A DNA stretch of 64,000 nucleotides. It comes from Cenarchaeum sp. Lineage in GTDB: Archaea; Thermoproteota; Nitrososphaeria; Nitrososphaerales; Nitrosopumilaceae. The notes below the pieces were generated by a model, which saw only the letters and a program-made list of their open reading frames with translations, ran no database searches and was not told the origin of the DNA. Below are positions 10,210-20,227 of this stretch, piece after piece. Position numbers and translations under genes: made by a program. How positions within the stretch are numbered: position 1 is the stretch's first letter; every line of letters starts with the position of its first letter. The stretch lies in assembly GCA_965242695.1 (NCBI GenBank), contig CBDESU010000001.1, positions 1,472,001 to 1,536,000 of the forward strand. The letters run 5' to 3'.

Positions 10210-10562
10210 GATCGACGCGGCGCAGGACATCAGCCAGAACGAGAATGAGAGAGGCATGCAGAGTCACCTACTCCGATTCACCGGTGCGCGATGGGACGGG
10301 TTGCCCCGTCGTTGGTGATCAGCCACTTACCTAGCGCAACCAGTCGATCAAACCCCGCCATTGCTGACAGCGACATGGGCGATGAATGACGTCGTTTGAT
10401 CACTGTCCAGCGTGGTCATATTCATTGTTATAACATGCGTCCTTTTCAAGTAGAACGTCCCCCACTGAATGATCTATCCTCTGCCATGATCGGGATTTAA
10501 GATCAATATTCCGAATGGAGTCACATGATCACGCTCAGGTGCACGTTCAACAAACCCCAATG

Positions 10563-10573
10563 TTTTTAATATA
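10563..10573 (+). promoter_or_regulatory. TATA box for pbeBCD-like operon 1
   Basis: tttttaatata ~25 bp before GTG at 10593. Confidence 0.6.
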
Positions 10574-10592
10574 CGCCGTATCGCGCCCGGGC

Positions 10593-10799
10593 GTGACGAT
10601 AAACCCGCTGATTGTCAAAGGGATCGACGCTCTGGATGCGCCCGACAGTGTAAAGCGGGTGTTGCACGAGATAATTGAAGTTGAAAACAGTATCACGGTA
10701 GGGAGCGATCGACACGCTCCAAGCACGGCGATAAAGAGGATACTTGAGGAGTGTGCAGGGAACGATGAGGTGGTGAAATTTTGTGGTAGGCATGGTTGA
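10593..10799 (+). CDS. PbeB-like small protein (copy 1)
   Basis: 68-aa helical ORF overlapping start of downstream ATPase; position matches pbeB. Confidence 0.6.
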   Translation: MTINPLIVKGIDALDAPDSVKRVLHEIIEVENSITVGSDRHAPSTAIKRILEECAGNDEVVKFCGRHG

Positions 10800-12897
10800 A
10801 GACAAGGCCAGACTCCAGCTTGGCAAGGTGTCCATGAAGAACTACAAGTCGTACTACGGGTTGATGGACGTAGAGCTGTCACGCGATCCCAGTAAGACCA
10901 TCACCGTGATAGAAGGCGGCATGGGCAAGGGGAAGACTACGTTTCTTGGTGCAATATACTGGTGCCTATACGGCAAGGAAAAGCCGGGTGCAACCACAAA
11001 CACCGATGAGACGATCATAAGCAACGACATTGTCAGGCGTCTAAATGTCGGAGACAACGACACTCTGCATGTGGAATTGTCTCTCTACGAGGACAGAGAA
11101 CTACGCTACAAAATAAAACGTTCGCTCTCGTTTACTAAAAAAAGCGAGTCGGATGGCTCTAAGCACCACATAGCGGTGAGTGGGCGATTGCCTCACGGGA
11201 TATCGGTAGAAGAAAGGGTAGAATACAAGGAACTGCCCAAGGGGGAAAGCGACTGGTTGACATCCAGCGATCCGTCAAGGGTCAGATACATGATAGAGCG
11301 ACTATTTCCGGAATCGCTTTCGTCGTACTTCCTGTTTGACGCGGAATTGCTAGACAGCTTTTTCCGTCATGGTAGGGAAAACCACGTAAAAAACGGCATT
11401 GAGGAAATATCAGGGCTTCCACTGGTTGAAAGTGCAATTCAACACGTCTCAAAGACGAGAAACAATGTAATGGATGGGATTAAGAGCGTCGAGACAGACC
11501 AAATAAAAAATGACTTGCACCATTATCGAAAAGAAGTAGAAGAATGCGAGGATGTAATCGAAAAATCCTCAGCAGAAATAGACAGGCTTGAGACTGAGAT
11601 AGAAGCAATCGACTCGTACCTCAGGGACCACAGCGAGCCCGCAATCAGTGCAATCCAGGGCCAAAGAGACGAGATCGGCAGAGCAAGGCAAGAGATATCG
11701 CAGAAAATAAAAGAACATCGCGTCAGGATGAACACCTGGCTGCTGTATTCCAATATAGTCGGCAATGTGAGCGGAGCAATGTCGGCCAGCATCAACATGT
11801 GCGACACGTGGGAAAAAGAGGGAAAGATACCCATAGCCGTAAGCAGCCTTGCGCTAAAGAACATACTAGCCGGTGACCCACCCCGGTGCATCTGCGGTGC
11901 GCTCCTAGATGAGGGGAGTGGCGGGAGGAAGCATGTGGAGGAAATCCTCAGCGAGGGGTTGTCCGAGTCGGCCGTCATACAGAGTATCGCCACAGGGCGC
12001 GGGCACTGGGCAGGCATGATCGCCGAGTACAGTGAGCAATCTAAAGATCTAGACAGGCAGCGCACCGAGCGCCATAATCTGAGAATCGCGCACGGTGCGA
12101 AGGATCTAGAATACAAGGATCTGTCGAGAAATCTCGAAGTGCACGACTTGGATGTCGTTAGGGAAAAGTCGGCGCGGCGCAGAGACCTCATGGACAGGCT
12201 TCACGAGTGCGGGAGTGAGAAGAAAGGGGCGGAGAACAAGGTGGTCGAATCGCGTAGAAAGCTTGTCGAAAAAGAGCAGGGCCTAGAAAAGGCCATGGCG
12301 AAAGAAAAAAAGTATACTGTACAAAAGAATATGATGACAATTGCGGGCGCAATCAACAGATTGCTGTCACAGTGCAAGGCTGACCTTATTGAAAACATGC
12401 GCGACACGGTGGCAAGGACAACTACAGACTATTTTCTCAAGCTTGTGCCCAGTGATGATTTTTCAAAGGTAGAAATATCCAACAGATACGAAACATCTGC
12501 CTTGGGCAATGATAAAAAAACAAAATCTTTATCTGCAGGCCAAAATTGCTGCCTTGCATTGTCATATATAGCCGCCATTCGTGAAATAGCTGATCGTAAC
12601 TATTTCATGGTAATCGACTCCCCGCTACACAACATATCGCAAGCGGAACGCGTAGGAATCGCCAAAAACCTACCAAGATTCCTACAGGGCACTCAAATCA
12701 CGATGCTAGTCCAAGATCAAGAATATGTAGGAAAGGTCGTAAGAGGTGCGGAAACACCTGGCATTGAGTCCGTCCAAAAGACCTTGATCGACGCAGGGTG
12801 CCTGTGGCGAGAGTATATCATAGAACAGTCCAAGAAATCGCCAGACGACGTATCCACTCATAGCAAGATCAGGGAGAGGAGGAACGGGGAGGAATGA
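10792..12897 (+). CDS. PbeC-like SMC/Rad50-type ATPase with CxC motif (copy 1)
   Basis: GGMGKGKTT, YFLFDAE, central CICG, LSAGQ, VIDSP. Confidence 0.85.
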   Translation: MVEDKARLQLGKVSMKNYKSYYGLMDVELSRDPSKTITVIEGGMGKGKTTFLGAIYWCLYGKEKPGATTNTDETIISNDIVRRLNVGDNDTLHVELSLYEDRELRYKIKRSLSFTKKSESDGSKHHIAVSGRLPHGISVEERVEYKELPKGESDWLTSSDPSRVRYMIERLFPESLSSYFLFDAELLDSFFRHGRENHVKNGIEEISGLPLVESAIQHVSKTRNNVMDGIKSVETDQIKNDLHHYRKEVEECEDVIEKSSAEIDRLETEIEAIDSYLRDHSEPAISAIQGQRDEIGRARQEISQKIKEHRVRMNTWLLYSNIVGNVSGAMSASINMCDTWEKEGKIPIAVSSLALKNILAGDPPRCICGALLDEGSGGRKHVEEILSEGLSESAVIQSIATGRGHWAGMIAEYSEQSKDLDRQRTERHNLRIAHGAKDLEYKDLSRNLEVHDLDVVREKSARRRDLMDRLHECGSEKKGAENKVVESRRKLVEKEQGLEKAMAKEKKYTVQKNMMTIAGAINRLLSQCKADLIENMRDTVARTTTDYFLKLVPSDDFSKVEISNRYETSALGNDKKTKSLSAGQNCCLALSYIAAIREIADRNYFMVIDSPLHNISQAERVGIAKNLPRFLQGTQITMLVQDQEYVGKVVRGAETPGIESVQKTLIDAGCLWREYIIEQSKKSPDDVSTHSKIRERRNGEE

Positions 12898-13352
12898 CCA
12901 ACAAAAAAATCGCCATGCGCTTGCAGTCAGACTGGCCACACGACATGTCGTACGACAAGGAAAATGCCGATGCGGGCAGGTTTTACGGAGTCTCAGGGGG
13001 CGACGGGGCCGTAGGCGACGATACATCCATATTCCACAAGAAGCGGCAGGTCGACATATTCCTCCTCGCCATGTCTATAGGATACGCAAAGAAAACCCGC
13101 AAAAAAGTGGCTCGGCCGTCAATGTCTATACGCCGCGACGCCCTCACCGAGAAGGAGACGTGGATCATGTGCAGCGTGGCACTTGCGTCCGAAGAGCGCT
13201 TAGAGGTGCTCGCAGACCCGGCCCGAGTGGTCAAGATATGCGAGGAATATGCCAACGGGGGCATAGACGAGCTCATCAAGATGGACAAGTCTGGGAGGGG
13301 ATCAGAGAAGTATGAAGACGTAATAGACAGGCTAGCGCGCGACGCCTCGTGA
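12894..13352 (+). CDS. PbeD-like (DndE/dnd-associated protein 4-like) protein (copy 1)
   Basis: DIFLLAMSIG...ICEEYANGGI; overlaps ATPase stop. Confidence 0.75.
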   Translation: MTNKKIAMRLQSDWPHDMSYDKENADAGRFYGVSGGDGAVGDDTSIFHKKRQVDIFLLAMSIGYAKKTRKKVARPSMSIRRDALTEKETWIMCSVALASEERLEVLADPARVVKICEEYANGGIDELIKMDKSGRGSEKYEDVIDRLARDAS

Positions 13353-13371
13353 TCAGAGGCGGTGCGGCCGC

Positions 13372-15468
13372 TTGCCATGCATAGACGACTTTGCTGAGTG
13401 GTGCGAGCCCGTCGTTCGCGGTATGAATGCCAGGGACATGGTCATGACGGACAGCCTGATCGCGCTAGTGTCGAAGGTGGCCAAGAGGCACCCCCTGCTG
13501 TTCCTCCCAGACTTCGTAGACGATGTGGTGGGCGGTCTGCAGACGAGGGAGATAATGGCCGCGCACTGCATAGCGTCACAGCCAGACTACTACAACCTCG
13601 TGAACACTACCATAAAGCTAAAAGGATCGCGCTCCAAGGGCAAACCGGACAGCAGGGAGAAGAATCTGGCCAACGACGGGTGGCGCGAACGGTACGACGC
13701 AATCATGCTTCCGTCTGCTGCGATATACGACCTGCTGGTGGAGCTCCACCGATGCAACACGCTGGCGGCGGCAGTCGCAGACGCCATCCTCAGGGACCAA
13801 TACATCTCGAGCGCCAACCTGCTGCCGGCAGTTCTCAAGTCGTACAGCAGCGTCAAAGCCCGCATTCACGCCCCACGCGCGGCGCATGCGAGGGCTGGAC
13901 AGACAGAGTGCGACGGAGATAGGATGCATGCGAGGGTGAGGCAGGTAGTGTCCCGCCTGTCCGCACAGGGCCACGTCACCTATATTGACGACAACGTTTC
14001 CGCACCCGAAAAGTACTCGCGGATCGACGGCGCGGTTTACGAGATCCTGGACAGCAAGAAAGACGGCATGTCATACCAAGCCCTCATGTCTGCGACCATG
14101 CAGGAACTGCACCTGCTGAGGCTAGTGCCCGGTGCCGATGTCTTCGACGACTGCCTGTCCAGGCTGGAAGACGGAGGCCTCATAGTGCACAAGCGATCGG
14201 GATCAAGCTACGCAACCCATAGCAGGCAGCTCTTCACCAAGGAAACATACGATCGCCGTATGAACGAGGCAAAGAGCGCTGTCATGTCAACGAAAATCAA
14301 GTTCTTTGGCAGAAGGACAACGCCAAACCAGTTTGTCAACGAGCTGCGCCGGCTAGATCCAGGTGACCTAGACGACAGGGACGATCAAGTTACCCGAATC
14401 GCGGGGCTGGTGATGAGCGACGCGGCCGTGCCGCAGGGGCCAAGGGATCCTACGGGCGTGTTCGACTTTGTGGTCGACATATCAAACTACAAGTTCAGGC
14501 CAGAGCAGGTGGACCTCATGGAGCGCATTGACTTCAAGGCGACGTCCACGGTATTCCACTGCAAGGTCATGATAGACGAGACGGTCACCATGTCTGTGCT
14601 AGCTGGGCTCAGTGACGCACTGCCCAAAGGCGAACAGGGCGTGGTCTTTACGTGCAGGAACGTTCCGCCTGCGGTCGCCGCCGCGACCAAAAAGGACAGG
14701 AGCGTCCAGGTGATAAGTGAGCGAGGTATATTGGAGTGGTGCTCCATCACACCCGTAATGCCGTGCAGGAAAAACTCGGTGGTCGTCGTAAAATATGGAA
14801 ACTCCATAGGCAGGGTGGCCATGGTGTACGCGCTCAACTACGAGTCCGGCATGGCCACTGCGATTCTCGCCCCGGATCGGGCAGAGGTGACCCTGCCCAT
14901 CGGATCCCTAAAGGAGGTTGGGCCCGATGCGCACTCCACCAGCGAAGAGTTTGCAGAGGTGTCCGAGTCGTTCTTTCGCCTAGTCTGCTCGTTGGACAAG
15001 ATTGCGCCGGACGGATTCGAGGACGGGATCTGCGAATGTGATGCTCCGGTCTACGGGAGCCGCATGGAGATGATGGTGGGCACCAAGCCCGACCTGTTCA
15101 CCGACTCGGCGCATCCGCCCTATCCCGTAGAGCCCGATGCGTCCAAGTTTGTTCGCTACGTGGCGTTCGAGGGAGACACGCATGTGGAGATCACCCCCGC
15201 GTTAGGATCTACGCTGGCGTGCACGTGCCTACACAGCGTCAACGAGGAGTACCGGACGACGTTGTGCAGGCACATGGTGGCCGCAATACCCGCGGCCATA
15301 GCGCAGGAGTCCGACCCGTCTAGGGCCATAGCCCGCATGGAGAGAAAACTAGCAAGGATCAAGGAAGGGAATGTCAGGCGTACAGCTCTGGCGGTGGGCT
15401 ATGCGCTCGGCACCAAGCGCGTGGGTATTCTCCAAAGATACCTGCGGGCACGAGCCGATGACGCCTAG
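13372..15468 (+). CDS. uncharacterised multidomain protein X1 (wHTH, Mrr-like REase fold, KOW-like, SWIM Zn finger)
   Basis: SWIM ACTC..LCRH; wHTH-like VYEIL..GMSYQAL..CLSRLEDGGLI; FDFVVD..FHCK..GEQGVVFT; KOW-like VVVKYGNSIGRVAMV. Confidence 0.75.
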   Translation: MPCIDDFAEWCEPVVRGMNARDMVMTDSLIALVSKVAKRHPLLFLPDFVDDVVGGLQTREIMAAHCIASQPDYYNLVNTTIKLKGSRSKGKPDSREKNLANDGWRERYDAIMLPSAAIYDLLVELHRCNTLAAAVADAILRDQYISSANLLPAVLKSYSSVKARIHAPRAAHARAGQTECDGDRMHARVRQVVSRLSAQGHVTYIDDNVSAPEKYSRIDGAVYEILDSKKDGMSYQALMSATMQELHLLRLVPGADVFDDCLSRLEDGGLIVHKRSGSSYATHSRQLFTKETYDRRMNEAKSAVMSTKIKFFGRRTTPNQFVNELRRLDPGDLDDRDDQVTRIAGLVMSDAAVPQGPRDPTGVFDFVVDISNYKFRPEQVDLMERIDFKATSTVFHCKVMIDETVTMSVLAGLSDALPKGEQGVVFTCRNVPPAVAAATKKDRSVQVISERGILEWCSITPVMPCRKNSVVVVKYGNSIGRVAMVYALNYESGMATAILAPDRAEVTLPIGSLKEVGPDAHSTSEEFAEVSESFFRLVCSLDKIAPDGFEDGICECDAPVYGSRMEMMVGTKPDLFTDSAHPPYPVEPDASKFVRYVAFEGDTHVEITPALGSTLACTCLHSVNEEYRTTLCRHMVAAIPAAIAQESDPSRAIARMERKLARIKEGNVRRTALAVGYALGTKRVGILQRYLRARADDA

Positions 15469-16379
15469 TCTGATACAACATCATCGGCCAGCTGGCGCAG
15501 TATGGCAGGATCTACATCATCTATGTCAGATTCCAGCATCTCAAATATTTTAAGTGCATCTTGATCACACTCTAGGATATCTCGTATCTTTTCTCTAAGC
15601 GTCGCTATGTTGTCGTGATCAGTATTGTCATCATAGGCAGAATCGTTTGCATCCCCCCGCCCGTCCGCCTCTATTGCAGGTTGCTTGTCCTTCCCGTCGC
15701 CCCCACCCGTGGCGTCTGCGTGTTTGTACCACGGATCGTGTCCCAGCTTGTCAAGAAAATTCTCCCACGAGTCGAACTCGATGTCGTATGCACCAACGCT
15801 CAGCGGCGAGTGCCTTTCAAATTCCTCCTTGGTCGGAACCCTGTCTAGGTTCCACTTGACCCTCTCAAATTCGATCAGCATTGATATTTTGTTCGGCGGG
15901 TCGATGTTGTATGCAAGATCCAAGAGCGCACTTGTGTCGCCAAATTCTTCCCTCAAGTGGTAGATCATCTCAGTGGGGAAGTAGCCTACTCCCGATCCCT
16001 CTATATCTTCCCTGCTCTCCGGCAGAACGGCGGCCATCCTCTGGAGCAGGTCGGCCCGCACCCGGCTAAAGTACGACAAATCAACGTTTGATGCGCCTCC
16101 ATCTTCCACACCCGTACCAACACGCCCGGCGGCTCCAGACCGTGACTTGTACCGGACGTTGCGCATCCTCGCCCGTAGCTTGCACTTGCAGCACCGGCAG
16201 TGCCAGCCAACAGTGCCTGCCGTCGCAATCGCGCCGCCCTCTAGAAGCGCCCCCTTTGCATCTAGCCAGACGTTGCACATTCGGCACCGCGCCTGTCCTT
16301 CTCCATACCGCCCCATCCCCGCTCGCTCGCCCACTGCGTATTTTTGGCACGCCCCACGGCAAAACGACCTAGGGTTCAT
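15465..16379 (-). CDS. protein Y1: N-terminal Cys-rich Zn finger + homing-endonuclease-associated repeat
   Basis: CRGAC..RCRMC..CRCCKCKLR; EFERVKWNLDRVPTKEEF..Y..EFDSWENFLDKLG; TATA box CTTTATATA at 16401-16409. Confidence 0.75.
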   Translation of the reverse strand: MNPRSFCRGACQKYAVGERAGMGRYGEGQARCRMCNVWLDAKGALLEGGAIATAGTVGWHCRCCKCKLRARMRNVRYKSRSGAAGRVGTGVEDGGASNVDLSYFSRVRADLLQRMAAVLPESREDIEGSGVGYFPTEMIYHLREEFGDTSALLDLAYNIDPPNKISMLIEFERVKWNLDRVPTKEEFERHSPLSVGAYDIEFDSWENFLDKLGHDPWYKHADATGGGDGKDKQPAIEADGRGDANDSAYDDNTDHDNIATLREKIRDILECDQDALKIFEMLESDIDDVDPAILRQLADDVVSD

Positions 16380-16481
16380 GCTGGAAACGGCCAAGTGGCA
16401 TATATAAAGAACATGGCAGTCTGTTCATGGCGCCTTCACTCCGCAGAGCGCGCGTGCAGAGTGCCGCAGAGCGCGCGTCCA

Positions 16482-16511
16482 CCCCCCCCCCCCCCCCCCC
16501 CCTCCCCCCCC
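16482..16511. repeat. poly-C tract (C21-T-C8)
   Basis: direct reading. Confidence 0.9.
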
Positions 16512-16586
16512 TCCAAGGGGCAGGCGACAGGGGCACAGCATAGGCAGTATCCGCGACATAGCGCCTGACATACTCGTCTGCTGCGC

Positions 16587-17136
16587 CTAGTCGGGGAGAA
16601 CTGGCGCACATCGTGCGGCGCCGATCGGCTCGGGGCGATACGGCGCGCCCCGCCTTGTAGAGTCCACCATGTCGCAGGATCGCATTTCGAACCCGTGCCG
16701 CTCGCCGCCGCGGGCGCTGTGAACCGTCACGGTGTCGGCTATGGAGAACGGTGAGAGCTTTCCAATCCCGTTCCGCCCCATGACAAGCCGCCCCTTCTTC
16801 GGCGTCCTGCCGCTCGTCCTGCTTGTACGAGCCGTTATCGATGTCGCCCCCATGACAAGCCGCCCCTTCTTCGGCGTCCTGCCGCCCCCTTCCTTGCGGC
16901 GCTCGCATCCGACGCGCAGGTACTTTTCGTTGACGTCGGCTGCGGTCATGCCGCATCCGTCGTCCTCGACGGCGATCCTGCCGCCGCCGATCGATATGTC
17001 ACGCGGCCGGCATCGGCATCCCACGCGTTGGCCACCGCCTCCGACAGGCATCCGGCGCGCCGCCGTGCAGTCTGATCCAGAGGTGCCTCAATGCGGCAAG
17101 ATCCAGCGCCATTTTGTACTCGTCAGTAGCCGGCAT
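16587..17136 (-). pseudogene. MORC-type GHKL ATPase N-terminal fragment, frameshifted
   Basis: three frames give EYKMALDL..LRHL, LSEAVANAWDADA, IAVEDDGCGMT..YLRVG, VMGRNGIGKLSPFSIAD; internal duplication of GRTPKKGRLVMG. Confidence 0.8.
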
Positions 17137-17914
17137 CACAACACCCGCTGCTCCGCGCATGCTCCCAGAGGCCGCGCGCCCTATAAACCGCCCGCAGGGT
17201 TTGGAGCCATTCCCGGACAAGGTGAATGTGCCGGCGCCGCCGTCCCGCTACGCGGATGCGGTGCGCCCGATCCCGCCATGTTCGATGCGCCGTGCAGGCG
17301 CAGTCCCCCGGCCGCCGCCGGGCGGCGGCGTCCTGCACAGCGCACTCGGCCGTGTACATGACGTACCGGGCAAGCTCGCCGCCGTCACGCTGTCGTATCC
17401 GATCAGGTTCAGCGCAAACCACAGCGGCGCCGCCCTGCCGGGCCGCGTCAGAGTAGGCGCCGGCGCTAGCCCTCACCCCAGGTCGGGCGAGGCGAAGCGC
17501 ACCAAGCATTAGCGTCCGTCGGGCTGCGGCGTACCATGTTCGAACAGGGCGATGTTGAACCGCGTCAAGTGGTACGTGTAGATCACCTTTTCGCCCCCCG
17601 CCGCTGTGTCGAGCTGGATGTGCACCCTCTGTGCATCGTCTGCCGCGCACCTCCCGTCGATCGCCTCGGCCGCACCGGCGCCGGCCGATGCGCGGCCGCC
17701 GGCCTGCCCAGCCAGCAGTATGCGCACGAGCTTGTCGAATGCGACGGCGCCCGCTCGCCGCCTGCCTCTACCACGGTCCGCAGGACGAGCCGGCCAGTGC
17801 CAGGATAGTCAGAGTGATGAAGGGCGCGCGGGCCGGGAGTATCTTGGACCGGCCGCCCTGCCAGCCGTCCCCGTGCTCGCATATGCCGCCCTTGGCAGGC
17901 GGCATTGCCGGGTT

Positions 17915-18123
17915 TTCTCTCAGGCCGTCCGTGATGCATGCGGCCGTGGCACTTGCGGCCGAGGGGCGCTTGGAAGTACTCGCCGACCCGGCCCACGTGG
18001 TCAAGATATACGAAGAATGTGCCAACGGTGGACATAGACGAGCTCGCCAAGATGGGCAAGTCTGGCAGGGGATCGGAGAGGTGCGAAGGCTCAATAGACA
18101 GGCTAGCGCGCGGCGCCGCGTGA
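17915..18123 (+). pseudogene. 3' fragment of pbeD-like gene (duplicate of ~13150-13352), frameshifted
   Basis: VALAAEGRLEVLADPAHVVKIYEECANGG then 1-nt insertion, IDELAKMGKSGRGSE..IDRLAR. Confidence 0.85.
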
Positions 18124-18142
18124 TCAGAGGCGGCGAGGCGGC

Positions 18143-20227
18143 ATGTCATGCATAGACGACTTTGCAGAGTGGTGCAAGCCCGTCGTTCGCAAGATGAGCG
18201 TCAAGGACAGGATCATGGCAGAGGGCCTGATCATGCTGGTGTCGAAGGTGGCAAAAAGGCACCCCTTCCTGTTCCTCCCAGACTTCGTAGACGATGTGGT
18301 GGGCGGACTGCAGACGAGGGACATAATGGCCGCGCATCGCATAGCGTCACAGGGCGACTACTACAGCATTGTGAACGACACCGTAAAGCTGAGGGGATCG
18401 CGCTCCAAGGGCAGGGCGAGCAGCAGGGAGAAGAACCTGGCCAACGACGGGTGGCGCGAGCGGTACGACGCAATCATGCTTCCGTCCGCTACGCTGTACG
18501 ACCTGCTAGCGGATCTTTATCGATGCAACACGCTGGCAGCGGCAGTCGCTGACGCCGTCCTCAGGGAACGATACATCCCGGGCGCCGGCCTGCTGCCGGC
18601 AGTCCTCAAGTCGTACGACGGAGTCAAGGCCCGCATCCACGCGCCGCGCGCAATGCATGCGAGAGTCGAACGGGAAGAATGCGACGACGACAGGGTGCGG
18701 CACGTGGTGTCCCGCCTTGCCGCACAGGGCCACGTCACCTATATCGACGGCAACGTTTCCGTGCCCGAAAAGTACTCGCGGATCGACAGCGTGGTTTACG
18801 AGATCCTGGGCAGGAAGGAGGATGGCGTATCGTACCAGGCCCTCATGTCGGCAGCCATGCAAAAGCTGCACCTCCTAAAGCTGGTGCCCGGCACAGGCAT
18901 CATCGACGACTGCCTGACCAGGCTGGAGGACAAGGGCCTCATAGTGCACAGGCGAACTACTTCAGGCCATACCGGCCAAAGCGTGCAGATCTTCGCCAAG
19001 GGAATATACGATCGCCGTATGGAGGAAGCAAGGAGCGCCGCCGTATCGACGAAGATCAAGTTCTTTGGCAGAAGGACATCGCCGGACCAGTTCGTCAGCG
19101 AGCTGCGCCGGCTAGATCCGGGCGGCCTGGACGACAGGGACTGCCAAGTCGCCCGAATTGCCGGGCTGATGATGAGCGACGTGGCCGCACCGCAGGGGCC
19201 AAGGGACCCTACGGGCGCGTTCGACTTCGTGGTCGACGTGTCAGACTACGAGTTCAGGCCGGAGCAGGTGGGCCTCATGAGGCGCCTCGACTTTGAGGCT
19301 GCGTCCACGGTACTCCACTGCAAGGTTATGATAGACGAGACGGTCACTGCGTCAGTGCTGGCCAGGCTCGCCTACGCGCTGCCCGAGGGGGAGCAGGGAG
19401 TGGTCTTCACGTGCAGGAAGGTTCCGCCCGCGGTGGCCGCCGCGGCCAAAAAGGACAGGAGCATCCAGGTGATAGACAAGCGCGGCATACTCGAGTGGTG
19501 CTCGATCGCTCCCGTGACGCCGTGCAGGAAAGGCTCGGCGGTTCTTGTAAAGTACGGAAGCGCCGTAGGCCGGGCGGCCATTGTGAGCGCGCTCAACTAC
19601 GAGTCGGGCATGGCCACCGTGATCCTCGCCCCGGATCGGGCGGAGGCAACCCTTCCCATCGGGTCCCTAAAGGAGGTCGGGCCCGACGCGCACTCTGCCG
19701 GCGGCGAGTTTGCCGAGGTCTCTGAGGCGTTCTTTCGCCTGGTCTGCTCGCTGGACAGGATTGCGCCCGGCGCCTTTGAGGACGGCATCGGCGAATGCGA
19801 TGCGCAGGTATACGGGAGCCGCAGGGAGATGATGGAGGGCACGAGGCCCGAGCTGTTCAACGACCCGACGCACCCGCCCTATCCCGTAGAGCCCGATGCG
19901 TCCGAGTTTGTCCGCTACGTGTCGTTCGAGGGGGACACGCACGTGGAGATCACCCCCGTGTCCGGGTCCACGCTGGCGTGCACGTGCCTCCACAGCGTCA
20001 ACGAGGAGTACAGGACGACGCTGTGCAGGCACATGGTGGCCGCAATACCCGCGGCCATAGCGCAGGAGCCGGACCCGCTGGGAGCCATAGCATGGATGGA
20101 GGAAAGACTGGCAAGGATCAAGGAGGAGAACGTCAGGCGCACGTCGCTGGCCGTGGGCTATGCGCTCGGCGCCAGGCGCGTGGGTATCCTCCAAAGGTAC
20201 CTGCGGGCGCGAGCCGACGAGGGCTAG
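18143..20227 (+). CDS. uncharacterised multidomain protein X2 (paralog of 13372-15468)
   Basis: colinear, highly similar to X1 over full length, intact 694-aa ORF. Confidence 0.8.
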   Translation: MSCIDDFAEWCKPVVRKMSVKDRIMAEGLIMLVSKVAKRHPFLFLPDFVDDVVGGLQTRDIMAAHRIASQGDYYSIVNDTVKLRGSRSKGRASSREKNLANDGWRERYDAIMLPSATLYDLLADLYRCNTLAAAVADAVLRERYIPGAGLLPAVLKSYDGVKARIHAPRAMHARVEREECDDDRVRHVVSRLAAQGHVTYIDGNVSVPEKYSRIDSVVYEILGRKEDGVSYQALMSAAMQKLHLLKLVPGTGIIDDCLTRLEDKGLIVHRRTTSGHTGQSVQIFAKGIYDRRMEEARSAAVSTKIKFFGRRTSPDQFVSELRRLDPGGLDDRDCQVARIAGLMMSDVAAPQGPRDPTGAFDFVVDVSDYEFRPEQVGLMRRLDFEAASTVLHCKVMIDETVTASVLARLAYALPEGEQGVVFTCRKVPPAVAAAAKKDRSIQVIDKRGILEWCSIAPVTPCRKGSAVLVKYGSAVGRAAIVSALNYESGMATVILAPDRAEATLPIGSLKEVGPDAHSAGGEFAEVSEAFFRLVCSLDRIAPGAFEDGIGECDAQVYGSRREMMEGTRPELFNDPTHPPYPVEPDASEFVRYVSFEGDTHVEITPVSGSTLACTCLHSVNEEYRTTLCRHMVAAIPAAIAQEPDPLGAIAWMEERLARIKEENVRRTSLAVGYALGARRVGILQRYLRARADEG

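Noticed and set aside
8149-13352. Calling these genes dndFGH
   Set aside because: Sizes and motifs (PLD-SF2 helicase, small protein, CxC SMC ATPase, DndE-like) fit the Pbe arrangement, not DndFGH
17140-17910. Short ORFs between GHKL relic and pbeD fragment
   Set aside because: No recognisable motifs; probably pseudogene debris that cannot be assigned by eye
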